63,527 nucleotides of DNA, taken from positions 6,962,428 through 7,025,954 of the forward strand of contig NC_069003.1 of NCBI RefSeq assembly GCF_001194135.2. Direction: 5' to 3'. This DNA comes from Octopus bimaculoides. Its lineage: Eukaryota. Of the stretch, positions 1-12,479 are shown piece by piece. The first letter of the stretch is position 1, and the number at the start of each line of letters is the position of its first letter. The notes under the pieces are model-generated. The model searched no databases and had not been told where the DNA came from. It saw only the letters and a list, made by a program, of their open reading frames with translations. A program made the translations under genes and the position numbers.

Positions 1-70
1 TATATATATGTATATAAATATACATCAACTTTAAATAGAGCTCAAAACTGATCCGTTGAAAATATATATA

Positions 71-102
<32 letters not shown>

Positions 103-380
103 AATAAATATATGTATGTATGTATGTATGTATGTATAATTCAGGTAATATTACATTGGGTGGTGCAAGGTAATTGGTACATACAATTAATGCTGAGATT
201 GTTTTGCTTCCTAAGACTCGATCTTTAAGTGCAGCTAAAAGCAGGAATGTAATAACTACCTAACAATAATTGGCTATAAGGTGGTGTTTCCATTGAGCAG
301 GTGCAAGTATATGCACAATAGGATAAATGCAGAACCAAGTAAAACAACTGGTATTAGGTTATATTATGACGTTTATATAT

Positions 381-600
381 TTAACCTTTTAGCCTTTGAA
401 CCAGCCATATCCAGCCCAACTATGCCTCTTGTTTTAAGTTCAAAGTGGCCAGGCCTAGCCTACTCTACAAAGCCATCCTAAAAATAAACAATAATATCAT
501 TGAAATCTCAAAGCTATGAGACAATACAGGATTAATTCAAAACAATGTGAATAAATAAGCTTTACACTTGGCAGAGTAATTTGAACATGAAAAAGTTAAA
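381..600. mobile_element. piggyBac-like MITE (TTAA-bounded), degenerate
   Basis: Begins TTAACCTTTTAGC and ends AAAAAGTTAAA; internal sequence is the reverse complement of the 62819-63032 element. Confidence 0.4.
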
Positions 601-760
601 CACAAAGGTTGGCTTGTTACATTATTAAAGATCATAAGGAGGAAGGAAAGAAGTACAGCTGTTTCAAGAATTGTTGCTCAGATAAAACAGGGAAATGCAC
701 CATCTGAACATCTATTCTCGAAACAGCTGTCAAAGACTGTCTGCATGCTTTCCAATTTTC

Positions 761-925
761 TTATTCGTTTGTCCATGGACAAGATATCTCAAGAACCACT
801 GGATGGATTTGGATGAAACTTTCAGGGATGTTTGGCCTTGTGACTGGCACAAACTGATTAGATTTTGGGATCAATCCAGTACTGGACAAGGATTTTGGAT
901 TATTTTTCTGTTTTTTTTTTACTTA
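761..925 (+). mobile_element. Partial second copy of the Helentron-type (HINE/DINE-1-like) element at 1836-2183
   Basis: Near-identical to 1865-2015 (ccatggacaagatatctcaagaaccactggatggatt...gatgaaactttcagggatg). Confidence 0.5.
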
Positions 926-1835
926 ACACACACAAGCACACACATATCTATTCAAACACACACACACACATGCACGCACACAAAAACACACACACACATG
1001 CACGCACACACAAACACACACACATGCACGCACACACAAACACACACATAAACATACAGGGATTCAGCAAAATAATGTAACTACCACTTTTTATTCAATT
1101 ATTTATTCCTATTGACAATATGACAAATTCAAATGTTCTATTTATATGTGTTTAGATCCATTATATTGTATATACCTTGTATTTCCAATGCATCTCACTA
1201 TTATTCTTTTGCTGCAGTAATATATCTATATACACATGTATATGTATATGTANNNNNNNNNNNNNNNNNNNNNNNNNNNNNNNNNNNNNNNNNNNNNNNN
1301 NNNNNNNNNNNNNNNNNNNNNNNNNNNNNNNNNNNNNNNNNNNNNNNNNNNNNNNNNNNNNNNNNNNNNNNNNNNNNNNNNNNNNNNNNNNNNNNNNNNN
1401 NNNNNNNNNNNNNNNNNNNNNNNNNNNNNNNNNNNNNNNNNNNNNNNNNNNNNNNNNNNNNNNNNNNNNNNNNNNNNNNNNNNNNNNNNNNNNNNNNNNN
1501 NNNNNNNNNNNNNNNNNNNNNNNNNNNNNNNNNNNNNNNNNNNNNNNNNNNNNNNNNNNNNNNNNNNNNNNNNNNNNNNNNNNNNNNNNNNNNNNNNNNN
1601 NNNNNNNNNNNNNNNNNNNNNNNNNNNNNNNNNNNNNNNNNNNNNNNNNNNNNNNNNNNNNNNNNNNNNNNNNNNNNNNNNNNNNNNNNNNNNNNNNNNN
1701 NNNNNNNNNNNNNNNNNNNNNNNNNNNNNNNNNNNNNNNNNNNNNNNNNNNNNNNNNNNNNNNNNNNNNNNNNNNNNNNNNNNNNNNNNNNNNNNNNNNN
1801 NNNNNNNNNNNNNNNNNNNNNNNNNNNNNNNNNNG

Positions 1836-2183
1836 GTGGAGGTATTGTTTTCAGTTGCATTTATTTGTTTGTTTGTCCATGGACAAGATATCTCAAGAAC
1901 CACTGGATGGATTCGGATGAAACTTTCAGGGATGTTTGGCCTTGTGACTGGCACGAACTGATTAGATTTTGGGATTGATCCAGTACCAGACAAGGATTCT
2001 AGATTATTTTTCTGTTTTTTTAAATTAATTTTTGAGAGCGATCAGGTTCATTTTCAGTATTCTCGTTTGTGAGAGGAAACGAGTTTATTTCAGATATTCT
2101 CATTTTAAAAATCATCTCTGACTAATCGTTGAGAAGACGTTGGTGTTGCCTTGGTGGAGGTTTGCGCTCTCTGAGTGCTCTTG
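1836..2183 (+). mobile_element. Non-autonomous Helentron-associated element (HINE/DINE-1-like)
   Basis: 5' GGTGGAGGTATTGTTTTC arm, (tgtt)n, core ggatgaaactttcagg...ttagattttggg..gatcc, 3' subterminal CCTTGGTGGAGG followed by small hairpin GCGCTC-TCT-GAGTGC; abuts (TAT)n; 5' end is in the N-gap. Confidence 0.55.
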
Positions 2184-2782
2184 CTATTATTATTATTATT
2201 ATTATTATCATTATTATTATTATTATTTTGTAGGTCGTGTATCAATGAATTCCTAGTGTCATAATTGCTTGGTTGGAAATTGAACAATAAAGCGATGCAT
2301 TGTAATGAAACTATGTTACACATGAATGAGTACGACATATCTATTTCTCCCTCCCTCTCTCTCTCTCTCACTTTCTCCCCTTCTCTAACTATCTATCTAT
2401 CTGTTTATCTATCTCCATCTCCCACTTACTCTTTCTCCCTCTCTCTCTCTCTCTCTTTCTTTCTACCTCCCTCTCTCTCTCACCCTCTCTTTCAATCTCT
2501 CTCCCTCCTTCCCTCTCTCTCTGCAACAAATTAGGTTAGCTCATTATAAATTTTTCCATCAAGGTCATTTACAAATTGGGAGTCAAACATACATAAAAAT
2601 TACTTACATATTTTATAAATGTCTCTGTATGGTTAAATAAAAGTTTGCATTTAGCAGTTCGGCAATAGCGACCGATAAATTTTAATAGTCGGGGTGAATT
2701 CTTCAAAAGTGGTGCCCCAGCATGGCTACAATCTAACGACTGAAACAGGAAGAAAGAAAAACAGAAAAAAGATATTATTTAA

Positions 2783-2938
2783 AGGAGTGGTTGTGTGGTA
2801 AGTAGCTTGCTTACCAACCACATGGTTCTGGGTTCAGTCCCACTGTGTGCCACCTTGGACAAGAGTCTTCTACTATAGCCTCGGGCTGACCAAAGCCTTG
2901 TGAGTGGATTTGGTAGACAGAGACTGAAAGAAGCTTGT

Positions 2939-2939
<1 letters not shown>
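2783..2939 (+). mobile_element. tRNA-derived SINE family A, 5' half (3' half remnant near 3340-3400)
   Basis: aggagtggttgtgtggtaagtagcttgcttaccaaccacatggttctgggttcagtcccactg (A/B-box-like); many copies in the window. Confidence 0.8.
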
Positions 2940-2990
<51 letters not shown>

Positions 2991-2994
<4 letters not shown>

Positions 2995-3278
2995 TGCTGC
3001 TGCACTGGCTCCTGTGCAGGTGGCACGTAAAATACACCATTTTGAGCGTGGCCATTGCCAGTACCGCCTGACTGGCCTTCGTGCCGGTGGCACGTAAAAG
3101 CACCCACTACACTATCGGAGTGGTTGGCGTTACGAAGGGCATCCAGCTGTAAAAACTCTGCCAAATCAGATTGGAGCCTGGTGTAGCCATCTGGTTTCAC
3201 CAATCCTCAGTCAAATCGTCCAACCCATGCTAGCATGGAAAGCGGACGTTAAACGATGATGATGATGATGATGATGAT
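2991..3278 (+). mobile_element. 5'-truncated RTE LINE 3' UTR, inserted in the SINE A internal (TA)n
   Basis: Ends catgctagcatggaaagcggacgttaaac(gat)n; same family as the tail of the RT-bearing LINE at 32508-33615. Confidence 0.75.
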
Positions 3279-3829
3279 ATATATGTGTGTGTGTGTGTGT
3301 GTGTATGTGTTTGTGTGTCTGTATTTGTGTGTTTGTGTGTCTGTATTTGTGTGTTTGTCTGTCTGCCATCGCTTGACAACCGATGTTGGCATGTTTACGC
3401 AGAATGGTTGCATGTGAGAACTTGTAGCGGTGTCAAATCAACTGTGATGGAGCTGGTGGGGTGCGGGGTGGGGGTGTTCATGGTGAGTGTTATATTAATT
3501 AATGTTATATTAATTAACCACAATTAGAGGTCAATTAACATAAGTTTGGCATACTTTGACACAAACTAATGTGCAATAAGCTGTATCGGCCTTTGCCTTT
3601 CCTTTGGATAACACCGGTGGCATGGAGAAAGGAGGTTGGTATTCATAGGCAACTGCTGGGCTTCTGTAGACAACCTTGCCCGGACTTGTGCCTTGGATGG
3701 GAACTTGTTAGGTGTAATGTCATGGTCATTCATGACTGAAAAGGGTATTTTGTATATACAGAACGGGGCACAGAGATCTCCCACAGTGTGGATGAATATC
3801 AAAAGAGAACATAACCATCCAGGAAAAAA

Positions 3830-4150
3830 TTTATTATGTTTTTGAATAGTACATAAAAAAACAGTTTATTTTACTGGGTTTTAAAAACTATATTAGACAA
3901 ATGGCAGCTGTTGTTGGCAATACATTGATGCAGTCATTCCCAGAAGTTCTCCATGACTCTATGTCTCAGGTGGTATTGTGTTGATTTCCTCATGAATTCT
4001 TTCTTTCAGGTCCTATAGAGTTTGAGTTCAATGTTGGAAAACTTTTTACTTTAGGTATCTCCGAAGGAAGAAGTCACAAGGGCTTAAACCTAAGTGACCT
4101 TGCCGGCTGCCCCACGTCTCTCCTCAAAGTTGTTGAATAATTAATGATGA
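3830..4150 (-). mobile_element. Degenerate Tc1/mariner transposase C-terminal remnant
   Basis: Minus strand reads, across frameshifts and stops, ARS..LSPCDFFLxxYLK..VFQH....DLKERIHEEINTIPP...RVMENF...LHQCIANNxCHLSNIVFKT (WPxRSPDLxPxDFFLWGYLK type). Confidence 0.6.
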
Positions 4151-4934
4151 ATACGAAAATGGCAGAACCTGAGAAAAGAAAGGAGTTTTTGAATAATCAA
4201 TAATAAATGGTAGATCTCAGCTTTCCAAATGAAACCTGTACCCCATTTCTACTTCTGTTTGCATCCACATGGTATATCTTCCCAATGTGGGAGATCTTTA
4301 TGCCTCACCCTGTATATATATATATATATTTGACAGGAATGGCAACAAAAGAAAGAAAGAGACCTCGATATTATGCAAATAGAGGAATTTATCTGTAAAA
4401 ATATGTGACACTTATTCAGGAGTTTTATCATGGCTACTGAATAAGTGTCACATATTTTTACAGATATATNNNNNNNNNNNNNNNNNNNNNNNNNNNNNNN
4501 NNNNNNNNNNNNNNNNNNNNNNNNNNNNNNNNNNNNNNNNNNNNNNNNNNNNNNNNNNNNNNNNNNNNNNNNNNNNNNNNNNNNNNNNNNNNNNNNNNNN
4601 NNNNNNNNNNNNNNNNNNNNNNNNNNNNNNNNNNNNNNNNNNNNNNNNNNNNNNNNNNNNNNNNNNNNNNNNNNNNNNNNNNNNNNNNNNNNNNNNNNNN
4701 NNNNNNNNNNNNNNNNNNNNNNNNNNNNNNNNNNNNNNNNNNNNNNNNNNNNNNNNNNNNNNNNNNNNNNNNNNNNNNNNNNNNNNNNNNNNNNNNNNNN
4801 NNNNNNNNNNNNNNNNNNNNNNNNNNNNNNNNNNNNNNNNNNNNNNNNNNNNNNNNNNNNNNNNNNNNNNNNNNNNNNNNNNNNNNNNNNNNNNNNNNNN
4901 NNNNNNNNNNNNNNNNNNNNNNNNNNNNNATATA

Positions 4935-4973
<39 letters not shown>

Positions 4974-5035
4974 TGAGAAAATAAAAGCAGTCAGAATTTT
5001 GGATAATTCTTTATTAGCACTTTCATTCATTCATC

Positions 5036-5102
5036 GAACTCCTCAAGACGAAATCAATCATTTTGATTTTGTCTTGATGAGTTCAATAAATGAACTCATC
5101 AA
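5036..5102. other. Two overlapping, mutually exclusive hairpins
   Basis: 5036-5057 pairs with 5063-5084 (22 bp, one GU, one mismatch); 5074-5085 pairs perfectly with 5091-5102 (12 bp). Confidence 0.7.
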
Positions 5103-5147
5103 CATACAATACACACACACACACACGTCTGTGTGTGTGTGTGTGTG

Positions 5148-5430
5148 TGAAGGGACATGGCTTAGTGGTTAGGGTGTTGTTACACTCACGATTGTGAGAT
5201 CGTGAGTTCGATTCTCAGACTAAGTGTTGCTTTGTGTTCTTGAGCAAAATACTTCATTTCACGTTGCTCTGCAATCATTTCAACATCTGACATGTGGCAT
5301 CTGTTGCACCTGTACAGGTAATACCAATCTGATCGTGGGAGTGAACTTATGTCCACACAAACATTTGATCCCTATAAACAAATCATCTGTGTGGTTGTTT
5401 GGTAAGAAATTGTCAAACCCTCATACATCA
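5148..5430 (+). mobile_element. tRNA-derived SINE family C
   Basis: ggcttagtggttagggtgttg...gagttcgattctc...ttcttgagcaaaatacttcatttcacgttgctc; related copies near 8420, 19930, 21045, 21995, 40545, 52760(-), 57480(-). Confidence 0.7.
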
Positions 5431-6174
5431 TCTAACGACGGGAGAGTCCAATATATATAATGAGATAAATGGGCAGAGGCTCACTAGAAGTGTTTCAGAC
5501 ATGTCGTTATTAATGAACAAATCAATCACATCATATAAAAGACTGTTTACTTCTTGTGAGGTAAGAGAGTAAGTTGAGGATGGCTAGCTTGATGTTAAAT
5601 ATGTGGTAATAAATCTGTCAAAACCCCCAAAGAAAGAAGAATGGATCCAGGTTAGAAACCGGTTCTTTCTCTATTGGCAAGAAATCTTGAAATAAAACTG
5701 AATAAGAACATACATACATACATACATACATACAAACATACATACATACATACATACAAACATACATACACACATACAAAGTTACCCTGTTGCTGACATT
5801 GAAATTTCAATCACGGAGGCTTGGATCTAGGTTAGAAACCAGCTCTTTCTCTATTGGCAAGAAATCTTGAAATGAAACTGAACAATGACATACATACATG
5901 TATGTATGTATGTATGTATGTGTGTGTATGTGTGTGTGCATTTGTGTTCGTATATATACATGACAAACAGACTGACAGACAAGGAGAAAAAGTCAATAGA
6001 TTGATAAAGACATACTGAACAAAAGAAAGAAGTATTTGCATTGATATAGATAGGTGCATATATATATACACACATATATATATATATACACTTACACACA
6101 CACATAGGCAAATCCTTATATACACCCACTCACAATTTTCATTTTCATTTATTATGTTGAATGATCTAGAACGT

Positions 6175-6370
6175 ACCACTGCCACTACTACCACCACCAC
6201 CTCAACCACGAAGTTACCACTCCCAACATTACCACCGCCATCATTAACTACAGCCATTACCATCAACACCACCACCACCACCACTACCACCACCATCACC
6301 ACCACCACCACTATTATGATTACTACCTCCACCACCAGCACCACTACCTCTACCATCATTAACACACCCA
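6175..6370. repeat. Imperfect (CAC/TAC)n trinucleotide microsatellite
   Basis: Direct reading; source of the spurious poly-Thr and poly-Val ORFs. Confidence 0.9.
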
Positions 6371-6539
6371 CCGCGTATACACAAGTGTCTATGTGTCTGT
6401 AATGTGTATGCAATTGAGTATTTAGTGCCGAGATAATACATACATACATACACATACATACATACATACATACATACATACACACATACACACACACACA
6501 CGTTGGTAGGTAGATGTAGACTTAGACAGACAGACAGAC

Positions 6540-6585
<46 letters not shown>

Positions 6586-7952
6586 TCCCTTTATATGTGT
6601 GTCTCTATATATATATATATATACACACACACACGTATGTATGTATATGTGTGTGTGTATATCTATATCTATATATATATATATATATATATATANNNNN
6701 NNNNNNNNNNNNNNNNNNNNNNNNNNNNNNNNNNNNNNNNNNNNNNNNNNNNNNNNNNNNNNNNNNNNNNNNNNNNNNNNNNNNNNNNNNNNNNNNNNNN
6801 NNNNNNNNNNNNNNNNNNNNNNNNNNNNNNNNNNNNNNNNNNNNNNNNNNNNNNNNNNNNNNNNNNNNNNNNNNNNNNNNNNNNNNNNNNNNNNNNNNNN
6901 NNNNNNNNNNNNNNTCTCTCTTTCTCTTTCCCCTCTATTTCTTTTCCCTTCGCTCTCTCTCTCTCTCTCTCTCTCTCCTTCTCTTTATCACTCTTTTTTC
7001 TTTTCTCTTCTCTTTCTTTCTATCGCTTTATCTATTCTCTCATATTTTGTGTATATTTAATTCATAGACATTTCGGGTCTTGTATCTTAAATGCTGTTCT
7101 CCTCGCACGCGATCAGTAGCCGGAGATGGTGCATCGGAATTAAATGTGCCCACAAACAGGCGACAACAATAAACACCAACATCAATAACAACGACAGCAA
7201 CATTGCTGTGATAAAATGTAAACATATTTGAAAATAACAACAGAAGAAAAAGCGTGGATCTCAAAAACAGAACAAAATCTTGCCCTCAATTTTTCTAAGG
7301 CAACTCGTTAGCTTTTCACTTATAACTTCTAGGCTTTAATAAACAAATTTGCTTTAAACCTTTAAAAGAAACTTTTGTTCAGAACGTATATGAAAGCAAC
7401 TTGTTTCATTTTTTTACAAGTAATTTGTTTAAAAGTTTTAGAAGCAATTATTTGAGCCTTTTTCTTTTTTATCAGCGAACTGTTTTTTTTTTAAAGATCT
7501 ACATTTAAGAAGTGAATTATTTCAAACCTTTTCGTGCAACTAAGAGGATACACACCAACTTCTAAAAGTTCCCGTGGTAATTTCAAAGTGTTACAAGCAA
7601 CATCAGAACCGGCTTCTTAATCAATCAGGATAAAGTGACGGTAAATAGGACTAATTACAGAACAAGCATCATTGATAGCGCACAAGCAAACTTCTTTGGT
7701 AAATCACTTTGATATATATATCTTCAGAAAGATATTTTGTTCTTTGACATTTATTCCAAAACTTTTCACAATATTTTCATATTGACAATAGATTTTTTTT
7801 AAGGTAGTAAAAAAAATCATTTTTTAATTTCTAAAAGAAAAACAAATTCTTAAAAGTTGGAACGAAATATTAATCAGAAAAAAAAATTCAGTGATTCTGA
7901 TTAATTATATTTAAGCAGTTGCTAAAACGTTTGTTTACTACAATCAAGGAAG

Positions 7953-8171
7953 ATGGTTAGTGCGGAAAGCAAAAAAACAAAGCCCTCAATCGGTTCTTCC
8001 TTCTATTTATCAGTTTGGTGCAGCTTCCTCCTGTTACTTTTAAGGAGTGAAACTTGCCATGGTAGTCTGATGTCGTTTGTCGACAATAGTTACCAGAAAC
8101 TGAATGGCCGACAACAAATTATCCAAGTTGAAGGTATAAATGTTTTTGGCAAGACTTACAGTTTTATAAAG
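7953..8171 (+). CDS. NIDO-domain type I membrane protein, coding exon 1 (signal peptide + NIDO N-terminus)
   Basis: ATG...MVSAESKKTKPSIGSSFYLSVWCSFLLLLLRSETCHG-SLMSF...INVFGKTYSFIK; donor AAG/GTAAGT, phase 0; joins exon 2 to give FGKTYSFIKVSRNGFIRF, matching the NIDO-associated F.G..Y..lyVS.NG.isF pattern. Confidence 0.85.
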
Positions 8172-9280
8172 GTAAGTGCTTGATAAAATACACTTATCTG
8201 TCGCTCTCCTCTCTCGTTCTAATGAACTTAACTCACCATTTCCACCCTCATGTACCTCACTTCATCCTAGCCGTGTGCATCTCTCTTTCACACTACAACC
8301 CCCAACGCCCTTCACATTGTCTTTACCGCCGGCTACTCCCCCCTCACTTCCTCCCTAACTAATATTCACGACTGACCATACTTCCACCTGTGTTCACCAC
8401 TCTCTGTATTTCCCTCTTGTCGAGGCGCATGGATTGGTGGTTAAGGTGTTGGAATCATGATTGTAAGATTGCAGTTTCGATTCCTAGACCGGGCGATGCA
8501 TTGTATTCTTGAGCAAAACGCTTCATTTCACATTGCTCCAGGCCACTCAGCTGGCCAAAATGAGTAATCCTGTGATGGACCCGTGTCCTGTCCAGGTGTG
8601 AAATTTATACGCCATGGAAACCAGCCCTTATGAGTCAGCATGACTCGAGAAGATAACCTTTACTTCGGCTCATCTGCTACCCGCTTCCCCACACTTTCAA
8701 ACTTACCCACCCATACCACTTCTCTTTTATTCATCTTCATCTAACTTGCACGTATGCCCTGACACATACATCTTCACCAAAATCCTTTTTCTCTTCCAAC
8801 TGGGATTGCTATGTATCTCCTCCTCTACAGCAACACACCTGTTCCTGTCTCTCTCTGCTATACTTTATATCAAGTGGTTCTCAACTTGTTTATTATGAGC
8901 TTCAGATCCAAAGACTGCCATCAATATCATCTATTTGTTTATCCTTCATCTCATTTTGTATTTTGTCCAGCCCACAATTGCTTCTGTGTAAAGCCCTTGT
9001 GGCTAATTTTATGAAATAAAGAAGCCTGCTTCCCAACCACATGGTTCCAGGTTCAGCCCCACTACATGGTACCTTGGGCAAGTGTCTTCTACTATAACCT
9101 CGGGCTAATCAAAGCCTTGTGAGTGGATTTGGTAGATGAAAACTATATATATATAGTTGAGGTGTGTTCTATTAAGAACGTATAAGAGTACAAAATGTTG
9201 CTATTAATCTATTTCATTCAAGGTAAATACTACAAACCTTGCCTACCTCAGGGTATCCCTGATATATATATATATATATA

Positions 9281-9355
<75 letters not shown>

Positions 9356-9624
9356 GTATATATNNNNNNNNNNNNNNNNNNNNNNNNNNNNNNNNNNNNN
9401 NNNNNNNNNNNNNNNNNNNNNNNNNNNNNNNNNNNNNNNNNNNNNNNNNNNNNNNNNNNNNNNNNNNNNNNNNNNNNNNNNNNNNNNNNNNNNNNNNNNN
9501 NNNNNNNNNNNNNNNNNNNNNNNNNNNNNNNNNNNNNNNNNNNNNNNNNNNNNNNNNNNNNNNNNNNNNNNNNNNNNNNNNNNNNNNNNNNNNNNNNNNN
9601 NNNNNNNATATATATATATATATT

Positions 9625-9835
9625 ATTCGTTTACTCTTTTACTTGTTTCAGTTATTTGACTGTGGCCATGCTGGAGCACCGCCTTTAGTCGGACAAATCA
9701 ACCATTCTTTGTAAGCCTAGTACTTATTCCGTTGGTCTCTGTTGCCAAACCACTAAGTTACTGAGACATAAACACACCAGCATCAGTTGTCAAGCAATGG
9801 TGGGGGAACAGAGAACAAACACAGACACACACATA
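9625..9835 (-). mobile_element. SINE family A, 3' half (5' half at about 11270-11365, displaced by the LTR insertion)
   Basis: Reverse complement of the 3' half of the 16870-17246 copy. Confidence 0.75.
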
Positions 9836-9861
9836 AATGTATACATATATATATATATATA

Positions 9862-11255
9862 TGTAAGGGACGACCGACGTCGGGGGCACCAATTGTAAGG
9901 GAGGACCGACGTCGGGGGCACCAATTGTAAGGGAACGACCGTGCGAACTCATAAAAGGAGAAATGGTGACGAATGGAAAAACAGAGGACTCCTTTTATTT
10001 AAACGAGTCACACGGTCGAACACAAAATATATATATCAAATGGATGATATAGATGATATGTTATGCGACGATAACATAGATGACCAGTAATGAAAGACCA
10101 CAACCGTATTAGATGAATAACAGAGATATTTATTATGGCGTTAAAGATGTATGTCTGTGTGAGAGTGTGAATGCGACATATAAGAACATAATCAAAGACA
10201 GGCCGTCATACAAAGAAAAGTGTGTATNNNNNNNNNNNNNNNNNNNNNNNNNNNNNNNNNNNNNNNNNNNNNNNNNNNNNNNNNNNNNNNNNNNNNNNNN
10301 NNNNNNNNNNNNNNNNNNNNNNNNNNNNNNNNNNNNNNNNNNNNNNNNNNNNNNNNNNNNNNNNNNNNNNNNNNNNNNNNNNNNNNNNNNNNNNNNNNNN
10401 NNNNNNNNNNNNNNNNNNNNNNNNNNNNNNNNNNNNNNNNNNNNNNNNNNNNNNNNNNNNNNNNNNNNNNNNNNNNNNNNNNNNNNNNNNNNNNNNNNNN
10501 NNNNNNNNNNNNNNNNNNNNNNNNNNNNNNNNNNNNNNNNNNNNNNNNNNNNNNNNNNNNNNNNNNNNNNNNNNNNNNNNNNNNNNNNNNNNNNNNNNNN
10601 NNNNNNNNNNNNNNNNNNNNNNNNNNNNNNNNNNNNNNNNNNNNNNNNNNNNNNNNNNNNNNNNNNNNNNNNNNNNNNNNNNNNNNNNNNNNNNNNNNNN
10701 NNNNNNNNNNNNNNNNNNNNNNNNNNNNNNNNNNNNNNNNNNNNNNNNNNNNNNNNNNNNNNNNNNNNNNNNNNNNNNNNNNNNNNNNNNNNNNNNNNNN
10801 NNNNNNNNNNNNNNNNNNNNNNNNNNNNNNNNNNNNNNNNNNNNNNNNNNNNNNNNNNNNNNNNNNNNNNNNNNNNNNNNNNNNNNNNNNNNNNNNNNNN
10901 NNNNNNNNNNNNNNNNNNNNNNNNNNNNNNNNNNNNNNNNNNNNNNNNNNNNNNNNNNNNNNNNNNNNNNNNNNNNNNNNNNNNNNNNNNNNNNNNNNNN
11001 NNNNNNNNNNNNNNNNNNNNNNNNNNNNNNNNNNNNNNATACTCTATCACGTGACCTTATTAGGGGCCGTGATTGGTCAGTTTGCGTTCTGGCGGGAAAG
11101 GTTCGAAGAAGTTGCCGATTCGAATAATAATCCGTCACGTGATGACAAGGAATGGGTTCTCTACTACGCTCGCATTTATTCATATTTAAATGAGAAGATT
11201 GTATGTAATGGCAATAGTAGTTTTGTATCTAATGGCGATAGGTAGTTTCACTACA
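9862..11255 (-). mobile_element. Solo LTR-like element (TGTA...TACA) inserted in (TA)n; contains an N-gap
   Basis: Starts TGTAAG and ends CTACA, with TATA on both sides; two 32-bp tandem units at 9862-9925; E-box TCACGTGA, GATTGG (CCAAT) and GGCGGGAAA (E2F-like) near the right end; TTTATT (AATAAA on minus) near 9995. Confidence 0.6.
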
Positions 11256-12479
11256 TATATATATATATATACGACGGGCTTCTTTCAGTTTCCGTCTACC
11301 AAATCCACTCACGAAGCTTTGGTCAGCCTGAGGCTATAGCAGAAGACACTTGCCCAAGGTGCCATGTATCTCTACTATAGCAAGACACCTGTGCCTATCC
11401 CTCTCTCATACTTTAAGCCTTTCACCACCTGGTATAAAGAAACCCACCACCCTCTCTACTATAACTCCGCTCTGTCGAGGTTACCTTCTCTTCATTCTGT
11501 AAATTATTTGGTGACCTCATTAATGCCAGTGCTATGAAAAATGGTATGCTGTACACTCTGTAAATCGGTTGGCATTACGAATGGTAACCAGCTGTAGAAA
11601 CTATGCTGAAGCAGACTTCATGGGTCAATTCAGTCCTCCAGCTCGTTGACTCCTATTAAACCGTCAGACTCATGCTACCATGGAAGATGGATGATAAATA
11701 ATGATACTTATGATGATGTTGATGATGAAAATGATGAATACAATGTGCATCAGTGCATCTTCATATCTCTTATATTTCCACAACAAAAGTACTCCGCTTC
11801 TTTAAATGGACAATTTTTCCTCAGATGTATAAATAAACGTGGGTTTATTTCTTAGTTTTTGTTGTGTTTTTCAGAAAACACTTTATCTCTATTCTGACTA
11901 TTTCACACTTGTTTTACTTGGAAATAATCTTTACGTTCAATTTCCTCTGTGTTGCATCTTAATTTGACTATCCTTTCACATTCTTCTGACACTTGCTGTA
12001 GGGTTACATCCTGGTTTTGTTCTAGCTTTGTGAGAATTCTAGTTCTAACTTCTGCATCCTTTTTCAGCAGTAAGTCCCTGTGTAAAAATCAGTCATTTTA
12101 ACAATACCCCCTTGTATATGTAATTATATGTTTGTATATAAACATAAATTTTGTGGATATTACATTAAAGGAATAACAACAGATCATTTACCGATGTCAG
12201 TGCTCAATTCTAAAAGTAGAATCAAATACTGTATAAAGTTAGTTTTGACAGGGACTTCCAAGGTTTACCAAACTGCTTATTGAACCAGAGAGTGAAGTCA
12301 CCATTAGGCGAAAAACCAGAAGTACCAGTCAAAATTAATGTTATATTTGCATGTATATAAATATAAAGATATGCATTCTGCTAAATATTGATATATATAT
12401 ATATATATCTATATATATATATATATATATACAGAGAGGGAGAGAGAGAAATATAGACCTACATAACAATAATCGTGAC

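Noticed and set aside
140-300. Mariner-like TIR fragment (attgggtggtgcaaggtaattg)
   Set aside because: No matching opposite TIR found; too degenerate to call
1133-1993. Long ORFs spanning N-runs (also 4445-5030, 10113-11245, 23889-25204, 35071-35676 and others)
   Set aside because: Open only because N codons are not stops
6154-6402. Mucin-like poly-Thr ORF
   Set aside because: Trinucleotide microsatellite with no splice sites linking it to the NIDO gene, and upstream of its signal-peptide exon
9862-9940. 32-bp direct repeats resembling a CRISPR array
   Set aside because: Units are head-to-tail with no spacers, the context is eukaryotic with no cas genes, and they form the end of an LTR-like element
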